Positions 32,210 through 42,606 of a stretch of DNA of 64,000 bases are shown here, one piece after another. The stretch is taken from IMG/VR virus record IMGVR_UViG_2690316030_000001; one strand, given 5' to 3'. Position 1 is the stretch's first letter; every line of letters begins with the position of its first letter. Source of the stretch: an uncultured virus (IMG/VR IMGVR_UViG_2690316030_000001) (lineage: Duplodnaviria > Heunggongvirae > Uroviricota > Caudoviricetes). Position numbers and translations under genes: made by a program. The notes under the pieces were generated by a model, which saw only the letters and a list, made by a program, of their open reading frames with translations, was not told the DNA's origin and did no database searches.

Positions 32210-33701
32210 GCCTCTTCCGCGTCTATCGGAAGCCGCCCGTCATGTGGTGATCCCCGAGGGGATTGTCACGTCGGTGTATCCGCGAGTGAAGCGGCGCCTG
32301 TCTGAGGTTGGGGTGGAGTTCGATCCCTGGCAGCAGGGATTTGGCTCGATCATGTTGGGATGCCGCGAGAACGGTAAGTACGCGGCGACGGTCGGCGGCG
32401 TGGTGGCGTCGATCCCGCGCCAGGTGGGCAAGACGTTCACGATTGGAAATATCGTGATCGGTCTGTGCCTTGAGTTTCCGGGCACACGGGCCGTGTGGAC
32501 TTCGCACCACAATCGAACGACCACAAATACCTTCCGTTCGTTCCAGGCAATGGTGAAACGCAAGGCGATAGCCCCGCATCTAGAGCCTGGGCGGTCGAAC
32601 GGTATCCGTGAAGCCAACGGTGAGCAGGAGATCCGGTTTCGTAACGGGTCGATCATCATGTTCGGTGCTCGAGCTCAAGGCTTCGGGCGCGGCATGGACG
32701 AGATCGATATCGAGGTCTTCGACGAAGCGCAGATCCTCAGCCTCAAGGCGCTCGAGGATATGGTGCCGGCCACCAACCAGGCTCGACACCCGCACGGGGC
32801 GCTGATCTTCTTCCTTGGAACGCCGCCGCGGCCTACCGATGACGGTGAAGCCTTCACGTCAAAACGGGATAAGGCACTCAAGGACAAACCTGAGGGCGAT
32901 GTAGTCCTTACTCGAGGCGACCAGGTGTATGTGGAGTTCTCCGCAGATTCCAACGCCAAGCCGGATGATCAGTCGCAGTGGCGGAAGATGAATCCCTCCT
33001 TCCCGCACAGGACTCCTCTGGAGTCGATGCTGCGGATGCGTGAGAACATCCCCGACGATGACTCGTGGGCGCGCGAAGCTATGGGCATCTGGCCGTCCAA
33101 CGGTGGCGGCCTGATCACCGAGGATATGTGGAGCGCGCTCAAGGATCTGAAGTCTGAGCCGCTAGATCCGGTGTCGTTTGGGGTGTACGCGAACAAGGGA
33201 CAGACAGCCGCGGCTATAGCGGTGGCCGGGTACCGATCCGACGGAAAGATTCACGTCGGAATCGTCCCCGTCGCCACGGATACCCCGGACGTGAACATGC
33301 TTCCAGGACTTGAGTGGATCCCACCTCGAGTCAAAGAGCTTTTCATCAAATGGGCGCCGTGCGCCGTCATGGTCGATGAACGCTCCGAAGCGGGCGCGGT
33401 GATCCAAGACATGAAAGACCTCGGCGTTGAGGTTCAAACCACCAACGCCACCGGGATGGCGAACGCGTGCAGCAAGTTCTTATCCGTCGTCAATGAAAAC
33501 GGGCTGCGGCACCGCGGCGCGAAAGACCTTCAGAAATCGGTATGTGCGGGCAAGAAACGTGACCTAGCTGACGCGTGGGCATGGGACCGCAAAGACGCAA
33601 CCAGTGACATCACACAACTAGTGGCCGTCACCCTCGCCCTTCATGGGCTCATTGTTCACGGGCGAGTACAGGAGACACAAGTGTGGGGCTTTTACAGCTG
33701 A
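32178..33701 (+). CDS. Terminase large subunit
   Basis: Walker A IPRQVGKT, Walker B VFDEAQ, motif III LGTPP. Confidence 0.92.
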   Translation: MTKSSTPQKSKPLPRLSEAARHVVIPEGIVTSVYPRVKRRLSEVGVEFDPWQQGFGSIMLGCRENGKYAATVGGVVASIPRQVGKTFTIGNIVIGLCLEFPGTRAVWTSHHNRTTTNTFRSFQAMVKRKAIAPHLEPGRSNGIREANGEQEIRFRNGSIIMFGARAQGFGRGMDEIDIEVFDEAQILSLKALEDMVPATNQARHPHGALIFFLGTPPRPTDDGEAFTSKRDKALKDKPEGDVVLTRGDQVYVEFSADSNAKPDDQSQWRKMNPSFPHRTPLESMLRMRENIPDDDSWAREAMGIWPSNGGGLITEDMWSALKDLKSEPLDPVSFGVYANKGQTAAAIAVAGYRSDGKIHVGIVPVATDTPDVNMLPGLEWIPPRVKELFIKWAPCAVMVDERSEAGAVIQDMKDLGVEVQTTNATGMANACSKFLSVVNENGLRHRGAKDLQKSVCAGKKRDLADAWAWDRKDATSDITQLVAVTLALHGLIVHGRVQETQVWGFYS

Positions 33702-33855
33702 TGACAGCAGAGCGAGTTGTGCTGCTAGTCGCCATTATTGGCGCGCTGCTGATTTCAGCCGGTGTCGCGGTGGTGGGTGGGCTTGGCTGGTCGCTGATCA
33801 GTGGGGGAGCACTCACCCTGGCCGGGGTTGGATTTGTGCTGCGTGAGGACAGTCC

Positions 33856-35316
33856 GTGAGGTTCCTGGACCGGCTCGCCGGCAAGACTCAGCCGTCGCGG
33901 ATGTCGATCGACGAATACGCGGCGATGGTCAATCAGTTCGCATTCAACGGCTACGCCTACCAAGCTGGCGGTGTCCGACAAACCTTGGTCGGGCAGGGCA
34001 CAGAGAAACCACCGAACAACTTTGAAGGCTTAGCGTCCCACGCGTACGCCTCGAACGGTGTGGTGTTCGCGTGTATGGCCGTGCGGCAACTGGTGTTCTC
34101 GAGCATCCGTTTTCAATGGCAGCGGCTCCGTGACGGGTCCCCCTCGGACACATATGGCCTGAAAGATCTGGCACTGCTGGAGCGTCCCTGGCCTGGTGGA
34201 ACCACTCAGGATCTTCTGTCGCGGATGATTCAGGACGCCGACCTGGCCGGCAACTCGTACTGGTACAAGGACACCTCGTTAGCCCGATTGGGGACAGCGG
34301 ACCCAGCCGGCGAATTGGTGCGGCTTCGTCCAGATTGGGTGCAGATCGTCGCCACCCCAAGAGAACCCGGACGCCGGGGCGGTGCGCAGCTTGGATGGGT
34401 CAAAAAGGGCTATCTGTACACCGAGGGTGGTGCCGCCACCAAGAACGAACCCGTTCCGTTCCTGGTTGACGAGGTCGCGCATTTCGCACCCATCCCGGAC
34501 CCACTGGGCGTGTTCGTCGGGATGTCCTGGCTGACACCGATCTTGCGCGAGATCCAATCCGACCACGCCATGACCCGCCACCAGCGCAGATTCTTTGACA
34601 ACGCCGCCACCCCCAACATGGTTATCAAACACTTCGGTGGTGCGCCCGGAATCGCCGCTGCCACACAGGACAACGTGAAGAAATGGGTCGAAGAGTTCGA
34701 AGACAAGTTCGCAGGCCCCGATAACGCCGGCAAGACCCTCCAGTTGTACCCCGGAGCCGATGTCACAGTGGTCGGAACCAATCTGAAAGACATCGACTTC
34801 AAGAATGTGCGCGGCGGCGGTGAAACCCGCATCGCAGCAGCCGCTGGTGTCCCGCCCGTGATCGTCGGACTCTCAGAGGGACTGGCAGCCGCTACATACT
34901 CCAACTACGGGCAAGCCCGTAGACGCCTCGCGGATGGCACCGCACACCCTCTGTGGCAGAACGTAGCCGGCTCAATCGAGCGAGTCATGAAAGTCCCCGA
35001 CGACTCATCGCGGCTTTGGTACGACGCCACAGACGTCCCATTCCTGCGGGAGGACGAAAAAGATGCCGCGGCCATCGCCGCCATCAAGGCCGAGACCATC
35101 AACTCCTACATCACCGCCGGATATGAGCCGGACTCGGTCGTGAAAGCCGTGGAAGCCAACGACACAAGACTTCTCACCCACAGCGGCTACTACTCCGTCC
35201 AGCTTCAAGAGCTCGGGCAAAACGACGCCAACACCCCACAGCCCGCGAGAAGTCAGACATTGGATCGAGTGAACCGAATCTTGGAGCTGGCTAAGCCAGC
35301 CGAGGAGGAACAATGA
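33856..35316 (+). CDS. Portal protein (HK97-like)
   Basis: DADLAGNSY, RLRPDWV, FFDNAATP, IAAAAGVPP, TYSNY. Confidence 0.92.
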   Translation: MRFLDRLAGKTQPSRMSIDEYAAMVNQFAFNGYAYQAGGVRQTLVGQGTEKPPNNFEGLASHAYASNGVVFACMAVRQLVFSSIRFQWQRLRDGSPSDTYGLKDLALLERPWPGGTTQDLLSRMIQDADLAGNSYWYKDTSLARLGTADPAGELVRLRPDWVQIVATPREPGRRGGAQLGWVKKGYLYTEGGAATKNEPVPFLVDEVAHFAPIPDPLGVFVGMSWLTPILREIQSDHAMTRHQRRFFDNAATPNMVIKHFGGAPGIAAATQDNVKKWVEEFEDKFAGPDNAGKTLQLYPGADVTVVGTNLKDIDFKNVRGGGETRIAAAAGVPPVIVGLSEGLAAATYSNYGQARRRLADGTAHPLWQNVAGSIERVMKVPDDSSRLWYDATDVPFLREDEKDAAAIAAIKAETINSYITAGYEPDSVVKAVEANDTRLLTHSGYYSVQLQELGQNDANTPQPARSQTLDRVNRILELAKPAEEEQ

Positions 35317-36239
35317 CCGAGAAGAAGACCCCGCCGCGCGAGAACCTAAGCCGATCGGTGTCGTTCACCTTCACCCGTGACGCGAACGAAAACGGCGACG
35401 GCCTCACCTTTGAAGGCTACGGCGCGGTGTTCAACTCGCCCACCCGGATCGACTCCTGGGAAGGCACATTCGATGAACAGATCGCACCCGGTGCGTTCCG
35501 TAAGTCGCTTCGCGAGCGCACACCCAAGTTCCAGTTCGACCACGGACACCACCCCCTGATCGGGTCCATTCCCATTGGCGCTATCTCCGATATCCACGAG
35601 GATGACCGCGGACTGTATGTGCAGGCCCGCCTCGGACAACACATTCTCATCGACCTAATCCGTGAGGCCATCGCCTCCGGTGCGATCGACGGCATGTCGT
35701 TCCGATTCTCGGTGGTGCGCGACGAATGGCACGACCGTGAAGGGAAACTCGTCAAACCCGAAGAGGTCGACCAGATTCTCTACCGCGATCCCAACAACCG
35801 GGGCCCACTGCTGCGCACCCTTAAAGAAGTGAAGATCGCCGAGGTCGGGCCCGTCGTGTGGCCAGCCTACGCCGACACCACCGCAGCCGTGCGATCAACC
35901 GATGTAGTTGAGATCGACCGCACACGACTTCAAGAACCCGAGCAGCGCCGACTGCTCGCAGAACTTCTATTGCGCGCTGACGCAGTAGATCACGCCCCCG
36001 AAGCGGGGGAGTCAGAGCCGCAAGACACCACCGAAGAGGTGGCCGTTGAGCACTCGGACGAAGACACCGACGCGCCGCAACCCACCGAACAGGCCGGGGA
36101 GCACGAACCGGAGCCCGAAACCGAACAAGAAGATTCCACGCCCCCTGAAGACCGCAACGCGGATGACGACCTGTTTGCAGCAGCGCTCGCCGAAGTCAGG
36201 AACGCGATGGAGCTCAACCCACCCCTGAAAGGACTGTGA
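35313..36239 (+). CDS. HK97-family prohead protease with acidic tail
   Basis: FEGYGAVFNS, EQIAPGAF, GMSFRFSV, EVGPVVWPAY. Confidence 0.92.
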   Translation: MTEKKTPPRENLSRSVSFTFTRDANENGDGLTFEGYGAVFNSPTRIDSWEGTFDEQIAPGAFRKSLRERTPKFQFDHGHHPLIGSIPIGAISDIHEDDRGLYVQARLGQHILIDLIREAIASGAIDGMSFRFSVVRDEWHDREGKLVKPEEVDQILYRDPNNRGPLLRTLKEVKIAEVGPVVWPAYADTTAAVRSTDVVEIDRTRLQEPEQRRLLAELLLRADAVDHAPEAGESEPQDTTEEVAVEHSDEDTDAPQPTEQAGEHEPEPETEQEDSTPPEDRNADDDLFAAALAEVRNAMELNPPLKGL

Positions 36240-37672
36240 AGATGGAACTTGACATCAAGCAGGCCGTCAACCGCGAAAAGGACATCCAGGACGAACTGGA
36301 GCGGCTGAAGGCCAAGAAAGACAAGACCCCTGAGGATCGCGCCCGCGTACCCGCCCTCGTCGAGGAGTTCCGGCAGGTGCACGAGCACCGCCTGAACCTC
36401 GAGCACGACGCCGCTCTGGACGAAGTCCGCAGCGCCACCGTCGTGTCCACCACCAACGAGGTCACCGAAGACCGCGCCCAGGTCGTGGACGCCCCCGCAC
36501 GCGGTGTGACGTTCAGTAACGGCAAGTACAAGAACCCGTGGGACACCTCGGAGATGCGTTTCGGTGGCGGAACCCGTGGCGAGCTGCGTTCTCGGGCCTG
36601 CGATGCGATCGAGCGCATGCCATTCGCTTCAGACAAGGTCCGCGAGGCATCCGCCAAGCTCGTTGAGCGCGACGACACCGGACGTATGGCCAACATGGTG
36701 CTGGGCACCACCTCCCCGGAATACACCAGCGTGTTCACCAAGTTGGTGCGCTCCAAGGGACAGCTGGCTGGCCTGACCCAGCCCGAGGTCGCCGCCTACG
36801 AGCGTGCGATGAGCCTCACCGACACCGCCGGTGGGTTCATGGTTCCGTTCCAGCTGGATCCGTCGGTAATCCTGACCGCCAACGGCTCAGTCAACCAGGT
36901 TCGGCAGATCGCCCGCGTCGTCACCGCCACTGGTGATGTGTGGAACGGTGTCTCCAGCGCCGGCGTGACCGGTTCGTGGGACGCGGAAGCCGCGCAGGTT
37001 TCCGATGACGCCCCCACCCTGGCGCAGCCGTCCATCCCGGTCGTCAAGGCTCAGGTGTTCGTGCCTGTGTCCCATGAAGTCCTGGCTGACGCAACAGGTC
37101 TGGCCAACGAGATCGCAAACATGATCGCGTTCGAGAAGGACCGCCTGGAATCGGTGGCGTTTGTGACCGGTTCCGGCTCGGGTGAACCCACCGGCATCAT
37201 CACCGCCCTGACCGGTGGTTCGTCGGTTGTCGCTTCGGCCACCACCGACACGTTCGCCGTCGGCGACGTGTACGCCCTGGACTCGGCCCTGCCGGCCCGG
37301 TTCGCGGCCAACGGTTCGTGGCTGGCACACCGCGCCATCTACAACCTGATGCGCCGGTTCGACACCAACGGCGGTGCGGCACTGTGGGGCTACCTCAACG
37401 AGGCCCGCAAGTCCGAACTGCTCGGCCGCCCCGATTACATCTCGGAAGCCATGGACAACAGCATCACCGCCCTGGCGGACAACCTGGTGCTGGTGTTCGG
37501 CGACTTCCAGAACTACGTGATCGCCGACCGCATCGGAACCACCATCTCCTACATTCCTCACCTGTTCGGAGCCAATGGACGGCCCACCGGCCAGTCCGGC
37601 TGGCACGCCTACTTCCGAGTCGGCGCAGACAGCGTGAACGATGGCGCGTTCCGCGTACTGAACGTCACCTAA
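36236..37672 (+). CDS. Major capsid protein (HK97 fold with delta domain)
   Basis: Coiled-coil N-terminus, AGGFMVP, GSGSGEPTGI, LLGRP, VFGDFQNY. Confidence 0.93.
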   Translation: MKMELDIKQAVNREKDIQDELERLKAKKDKTPEDRARVPALVEEFRQVHEHRLNLEHDAALDEVRSATVVSTTNEVTEDRAQVVDAPARGVTFSNGKYKNPWDTSEMRFGGGTRGELRSRACDAIERMPFASDKVREASAKLVERDDTGRMANMVLGTTSPEYTSVFTKLVRSKGQLAGLTQPEVAAYERAMSLTDTAGGFMVPFQLDPSVILTANGSVNQVRQIARVVTATGDVWNGVSSAGVTGSWDAEAAQVSDDAPTLAQPSIPVVKAQVFVPVSHEVLADATGLANEIANMIAFEKDRLESVAFVTGSGSGEPTGIITALTGGSSVVASATTDTFAVGDVYALDSALPARFAANGSWLAHRAIYNLMRRFDTNGGAALWGYLNEARKSELLGRPDYISEAMDNSITALADNLVLVFGDFQNYVIADRIGTTISYIPHLFGANGRPTGQSGWHAYFRVGADSVNDGAFRVLNVT

Positions 37673-37679
37673 TACCCGG

Positions 37680-38186
37680 GTGAAGTTCGACCCCAGCCGG
37701 CTGCAGACCGCACTGGCTGGAATTCCTACATCAGCCTGGTCGCTGGCCAGCACCTACACCCAAACCCGAGTACACCACGGGTACCGGCGTGTAGGTCTGG
37801 TCAGCGCCAGGCAGATGCAGAAGCATGCAGAGTTGTTCCAATTCGTTTGGGACGCACTAGACCCAATCTGGGATGCCTGGCTGTCCTGGATTGAGCCCGG
37901 CGGGTTCATCATTGCGCACCGAGACGCCGGGCCCTGGCGTGAACGCTGGCAGGTACCCATATCCGCGGCAGGGCAATGGCGCGCCGAAGAGACATTCGCG
38001 CCGAAATCTGGCGAATCTTTCCCCGTGACGCACTGGGAACCGCACGCTGTCGTCAACCGCACAGACGCGCCGCGCATACACCTAGTCATCGACCGAGACA
38101 TCCACGTCAACCGGCCAGCGCTGCCATTCGAGACATTCCCCATCCCGGCTGACATGGCCGATCTTATTGAGAGGAGCCAACAGTGA
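37680..38186 (+). CDS. Aspartyl/asparaginyl beta-hydroxylase-like 2OG-Fe(II) oxygenase
   Basis: PGGFIIAHRD (HxD), PHAVVN (distal His), RIHLVID. Confidence 0.8.
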   Translation: MKFDPSRLQTALAGIPTSAWSLASTYTQTRVHHGYRRVGLVSARQMQKHAELFQFVWDALDPIWDAWLSWIEPGGFIIAHRDAGPWRERWQVPISAAGQWRAEETFAPKSGESFPVTHWEPHAVVNRTDAPRIHLVIDRDIHVNRPALPFETFPIPADMADLIERSQQ

Positions 38187-38823
38187 GCCATCGCTGCACC
38201 AACGCATTCACCTTCAACGACCACGTCTATGCCGGCGGCTGTGAAGTTCAGGACGACGACCCGATCCTGGAAACCCACGCTGCTCACTTTGTGAAGGTGG
38301 GCGAATCTACCCTTCCCGCGGAGACGGCCACCGCGGCGCATCCGCGTGCAGTGAAGAAGGCTGCACCGAAGAAGGCGCCAGCCAAGCCGGCACCCGCCAA
38401 GGAAGACGAATGAGGGACACCCTCTACACCCACAGCCTGTCCCGGCTCGCGCTCACATCAGTAGCGCGCACCAACGGCACCGTCAACGGAACCACCATTG
38501 ATCTAGGCGTGTACGGAAACGATTTCCGAACCGCGCTGTTCGTGATCACCACAGGCGCGATCACAGACGGAACCCATGTCATCACGCTGGAGCACTCCTC
38601 GGATAACTCCAACTGGTCAGCCGTTCCCGCTGGACGCATCCAGGGCACCGCGCCGTCCATCGGATCAGCCGATGACAACGTGGTGTTCGATGTTGGGTAC
38701 ATCGTCGGCACTGAACAGTATGTGCGTTTGGTCGTCACCACTTCGGGTGCCACAACGGGTGGAATCTTCTCGGCTGTAGCAGTTCTCGGGCAAGCGTCGT
38801 CCTCTCCGGTGGCAAGGGCGTAA
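38183..38823 (+). CDS. Two head-region proteins (38183-38413; 38410-38823 possible capsid decoration protein)
   Basis: Position; Thr/Gly/Val-rich beta-strand sequence. Confidence 0.55.
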
Positions 38824-39381
38824 GTGGCCGAGATCGCACCAGATGACCTGCCGGCGGCCACAAGGGCACGGTACGTCGATGACACAGCGGCGCAAGCGGC
38901 CATCAACGCTGTTTTGGCTGCCGCTCGTCGCTGGTGCGGATGGCACGTCTCACCCGTCAGATCCAATGAGGTTCTGGACTTAGACGGTCCAGGTGGGCAT
39001 GTGTTGTCTCTTCCGACCATGAACCTGATCTCCGTCTCGGCGGTGACGCAGCTCGGCGTCTCCCTGGATGTATCGACGCTGGACAAGTCTCGCCGGAAAG
39101 GGACCATCACCAACAGGTTTGGATGCTGGTCCTGCCGGGACGGATCGATTACCGCCACGATCACTCACGGCTACACGGAGGCCGAAGCTGCGGACTGGCG
39201 CCAGGCCATCGTCGATGTGGTCGGTACACGCTCCCTTGCGCAGATCACGACTCGCGACAGCGGCGACATGAAACGCAAACGCATCGATGATGTCGAATAC
39301 GAGTGGTTCGAGAGCCTGGTGTCCACCGACCACGAACTCGCCGCCAAATTCTCCGCGTTCAGGATCCTGCAGTCCCCATGA
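38824..39381 (+). CDS. Head-to-tail adaptor
   Basis: AARRWCGWHVSP, LDGPGG, TITHGY. Confidence 0.8.
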   Translation: MAEIAPDDLPAATRARYVDDTAAQAAINAVLAAARRWCGWHVSPVRSNEVLDLDGPGGHVLSLPTMNLISVSAVTQLGVSLDVSTLDKSRRKGTITNRFGCWSCRDGSITATITHGYTEAEAADWRQAIVDVVGTRSLAQITTRDSGDMKRKRIDDVEYEWFESLVSTDHELAAKFSAFRILQSP

Positions 39382-39716
39382 GCTTCGGCGGCCAAACGGT
39401 CACTTTCGTGACCGTCACCGAAACCGGCCAGCCCGGATTCCTTGGCGTCAAGGAAAAGCAGCGCACTGAAGTACCTGTGGCTGGATGCCACTTTCGGCCG
39501 TTTAAGACTGCCGAAGTAGTCACTGAGACTGATATCGCCACCGAAGTCTGGAAGTGCACCGCGCCACCGGAAGCGGCAGTCCTGGCCGCGAATTCAACCG
39601 GAGAAGTCAAGCACAACGGTCTGACATTCCAGATCGACGGCCAAATACAGCCCAAGTATGACCTCAGCGGCCAAATCGAACACGTGACCATCTTCTGCAA
39701 GAGGCAGGCCAGCTGA
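39378..39716 (+). CDS. Head-to-tail stopper
   Basis: Position and size; ATG at 39378. Confidence 0.7.
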   Translation: MSFGGQTVTFVTVTETGQPGFLGVKEKQRTEVPVAGCHFRPFKTAEVVTETDIATEVWKCTAPPEAAVLAANSTGEVKHNGLTFQIDGQIQPKYDLSGQIEHVTIFCKRQAS

Positions 39717-40081
39717 TGGCAAACCCGCTATCCAAGTTTGGGATATCAGATTCCGAACTAGCCGCAGCCATCGCTTCATCCGCCGAGGTTGATGCCGGCC
39801 TGCGCGAGATGGCCCAGGAAGCCGCCGATTACTGGCGCAGCGTATCACCCGTCGACACGGGTGAATACGCGGCATCTGTGAAGGTTCAGAAGGTCAAGAA
39901 CGGGAAAGCGACAGTGGGAAGTAAGCACTGGCGGGCTCACTTTATCGAGTTCGGAACCGGACCCGACACAAAAGACGGATCAAAGTTCGGCCCGGATACC
40001 CCCACGCCAGCTTTCGCCCCCGGAGCTAAAACGGCAGCGCATTACGGCGGCACCTTAGACGCGGACGGTATCCAGATATGA
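39716..40081 (+). CDS. HK97 gp10-like neck protein
   Basis: SPVDTGEY, AHFIEFGT. Confidence 0.8.
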   Translation: MANPLSKFGISDSELAAAIASSAEVDAGLREMAQEAADYWRSVSPVDTGEYAASVKVQKVKNGKATVGSKHWRAHFIEFGTGPDTKDGSKFGPDTPTPAFAPGAKTAAHYGGTLDADGIQI

Positions 40082-40491
40082 GCGATCTCCTCGACGAGGA
40101 TGCCCCGGACGCCGAGGATTTCGTCATCTGCGCCATGGCATCCGTTATGGCGTGTTCCGGCGAGAAGTTCAGTGGAGACGAGTGGCCGTTTTGCATCGTG
40201 CAACGCGTCGCAGGGGCCGACCTGCCAGATGAGGGAATTGACTATCCGGTTGTCCAACTGGACTTCTATGCGCCAGGTATTCAGGCCGCTAAGGCAGCAG
40301 CCAACGAAGGGCACCGCCGCATGATGTACCTCGCGCGAAACCTTGTTGACATCAACATGTCTGACGGCTCTATCGCCAACGCCGACTATGTCAAGACGTT
40401 CCAAAAAGCGGTCAAGCTCCCATATGCGGACGACTTGATTCGCCGCTACTCAGCTCGCTATGAGCTGGGTCTTTCATACGTCGCGGTTTAA
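40078..40491 (+). CDS. Tail terminator
   Basis: Position before major tail; VQRVAG...VQLDFY. Confidence 0.7.
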   Translation: MSDLLDEDAPDAEDFVICAMASVMACSGEKFSGDEWPFCIVQRVAGADLPDEGIDYPVVQLDFYAPGIQAAKAAANEGHRRMMYLARNLVDINMSDGSIANADYVKTFQKAVKLPYADDLIRRYSARYELGLSYVAV

Positions 40492-40572
40492 CCGCGCGCG
40501 GCCAGATGCCGCACCCCAGCCCAATTTTCACGCCGGATTTCCGGTTCACCACCATCCGAAAGGACAGCCAGC

Positions 40573-41667
40573 ATGGCTATACCTGCAACCGGCACCACGT
40601 GGAAAGCCGGCGGCTTCAACGATGTCGACAACCGTTTCCTGGAGCGCGGTGGACTCATCGCAGCACTGGTCCGCGACGCTCGCGGTTCAGCGACGAACAT
40701 CACCCCGACCGATGAAAACGGAACCGTTCTGTGGTCGCCGTTCGCCGAAGACGGCCAATTGCGCGATGACCTGTTCGCTTTCAAGAAGGTAGACGGCTTC
40801 TGGGTGACCAACCCTGAAGCCAACGAGGGATTCCACCTCGTTGGTGCCTTCAAGGAAGGCGATGGCCCGAAGAAGAAGGGCAGCCTCGACACCGACGATT
40901 ACATGATCGAGCAGTCGAACTTCCCGTTTGACTCGATCATCACCAAAGAAGAGGAAACGTTCTCCTTCACCGCGGTGGAAACCCTGAAGCCGGCCTGGAA
41001 GCGGCTGCGCAACAACCTGCGCCTGAATGACGCCAACGGTGTGTCTCTGTGCGAGGATCCCGGCCTGCAAAACGCCGTGTGGGTCAAGCCTCTGGAAGCG
41101 GACTTCGTTGACCGCCAGGTGCTTCTGCTGCGAGCCCGCAAGGTGGGCGGCAAGTTCATCTACACCTGCACCGGATACGCCTGCGCCCGACTCTCCGACG
41201 TGGGCGACGCACAGATGGGCAAGAAGGACGCCGACGCCGCAGAGCTGACCTTCAAGGCCATCCCGGACGGATTCCTCATGGGCTTGGTGGACGGCGAGTA
41301 CGGGCCCGCCATCAAGGCCGAATGGGCTGGCGGCGACGGCTGGTCCGCGCTCGGCGGCGTGCCTGTTCTTTCAGCCACCGCACCCGTTGCCACGGCTGGA
41401 ACAACCGGCAAGGCGACGATCGTCTTCGCCGACCCGACCGGAACTGGCGACCCGTGGACCATCACCGCGGAAAGCACCGTGGACGACGGAACCACCTGGC
41501 TGCCTGCGGTTCTGGACACCCCCGGTGCGGTCACCTCGACCGGTGGATCCACCACAGTCAAGGTCAAGTCCGTCACGGCCGGTTCTACCAAGTTCCGCGC
41601 CAAGGTGGTTGGCACCAACGGTGCTTCGGCATACACGCCGAAGTCCAACGCCGTCACCATTTCCTAA
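40573..41667 (+). CDS. Major tail protein with C-terminal Ig/FN3-like domain
   Basis: Position, strong RBS, Thr-rich beta C-terminus. Confidence 0.82.
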   Translation: MAIPATGTTWKAGGFNDVDNRFLERGGLIAALVRDARGSATNITPTDENGTVLWSPFAEDGQLRDDLFAFKKVDGFWVTNPEANEGFHLVGAFKEGDGPKKKGSLDTDDYMIEQSNFPFDSIITKEEETFSFTAVETLKPAWKRLRNNLRLNDANGVSLCEDPGLQNAVWVKPLEADFVDRQVLLLRARKVGGKFIYTCTGYACARLSDVGDAQMGKKDADAAELTFKAIPDGFLMGLVDGEYGPAIKAEWAGGDGWSALGGVPVLSATAPVATAGTTGKATIVFADPTGTGDPWTITAESTVDDGTTWLPAVLDTPGAVTSTGGSTTVKVKSVTAGSTKFRAKVVGTNGASAYTPKSNAVTIS

Positions 41668-41674
41668 CACAGTC

Positions 41675-41713
41675 CTCACCTGGCGGGCGTATGGGCTGCG
41701 CCCGCCAGGTGAG
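41675..41713 (+). other. 15 bp perfect stem-loop after the major tail gene
   Basis: CTCACCTGGCGGGCG-TATGGGCTG-CGCCCGCCAGGTGAG; no U-tract. Confidence 0.75.
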
Positions 41714-41747
41714 CTCCACCTCAGCCCAATAGCCCGAAAGGCCCACC

Positions 41748-42594
41748 ATGACCGCCGAAGACATTAGACGCCATGTCGTCAACGCAGTAGATGCACGTGA
41801 ACAGGCAAGCGAAGGCCGGTACAGCTTCTTGCGAAGCGAATTCCGCCGCGCCAAGCCAACTCCCGAACACCCCTCGGGTGAAGAGTTCGAGATCCCCCAC
41901 AAGGATCTATTCGATAACGATCAGCAAGACCGCTGGGACGATCTACAGGACCAGATCCGCCAATACGACCGCGAACCCGACGTACTCGCCCCCAACGGCA
42001 CTCTGATTTCAAAGGGCAACCTCATCTACCCACACCACCTAGGTGGCGAGCGTGTGAAGCCGTCATGGCCGGAACGCCTCGCGATCGTCCTCTGGGGCAA
42101 AGAAGGCGCAGCCCGCGCCAAAGCCGGCGGAATCAACTTCAACGAGATCGAACTCGTGTGGGCCAAACAGAAGTACGAAATGGATGAGCGGTTGAAGAAC
42201 GACTCCAAAAGTGCTTCTAGCGGTGGCGGTGTGGCGCCAACACCCAACTGAGATTGAAGATCTATTCCTTGACAAGGGCCTAGATATAGGCGACTGGCAC
42301 AGAGGACGAATTTCCAGCCGACGCCTACTGGTCATCTGCAGACACGCCCCCGAGGACGGTCCATACAAAACCGCCCTGCGGGACGGGGATTACCCCGAAT
42401 GGGTGCAGATGCTCAAGGAAATCCACAAAGAAATCGCCCTGTACCGGGCGAGCAAGTACGTCGGCGGCGACCACGAATACATCCCGCAAGTGTTCCTTTC
42501 CCTCCCGGAGCGGATCGAACACTTCGGCCGGGAAGCCGCTGAAGCCGAGTTCATTGATGAAGCCCGCGAAGGCCTGTTAAGCGACCAATTTTGA
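41748..42594 (+). CDS. Tail assembly chaperones (41748-42251 plus frameshifted extension to 42594)
   Basis: Two overlapping ORFs between major tail and tape measure genes. Confidence 0.78.
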
Positions 42595-42606
42595 CGGAGG
42601 TGAGCC

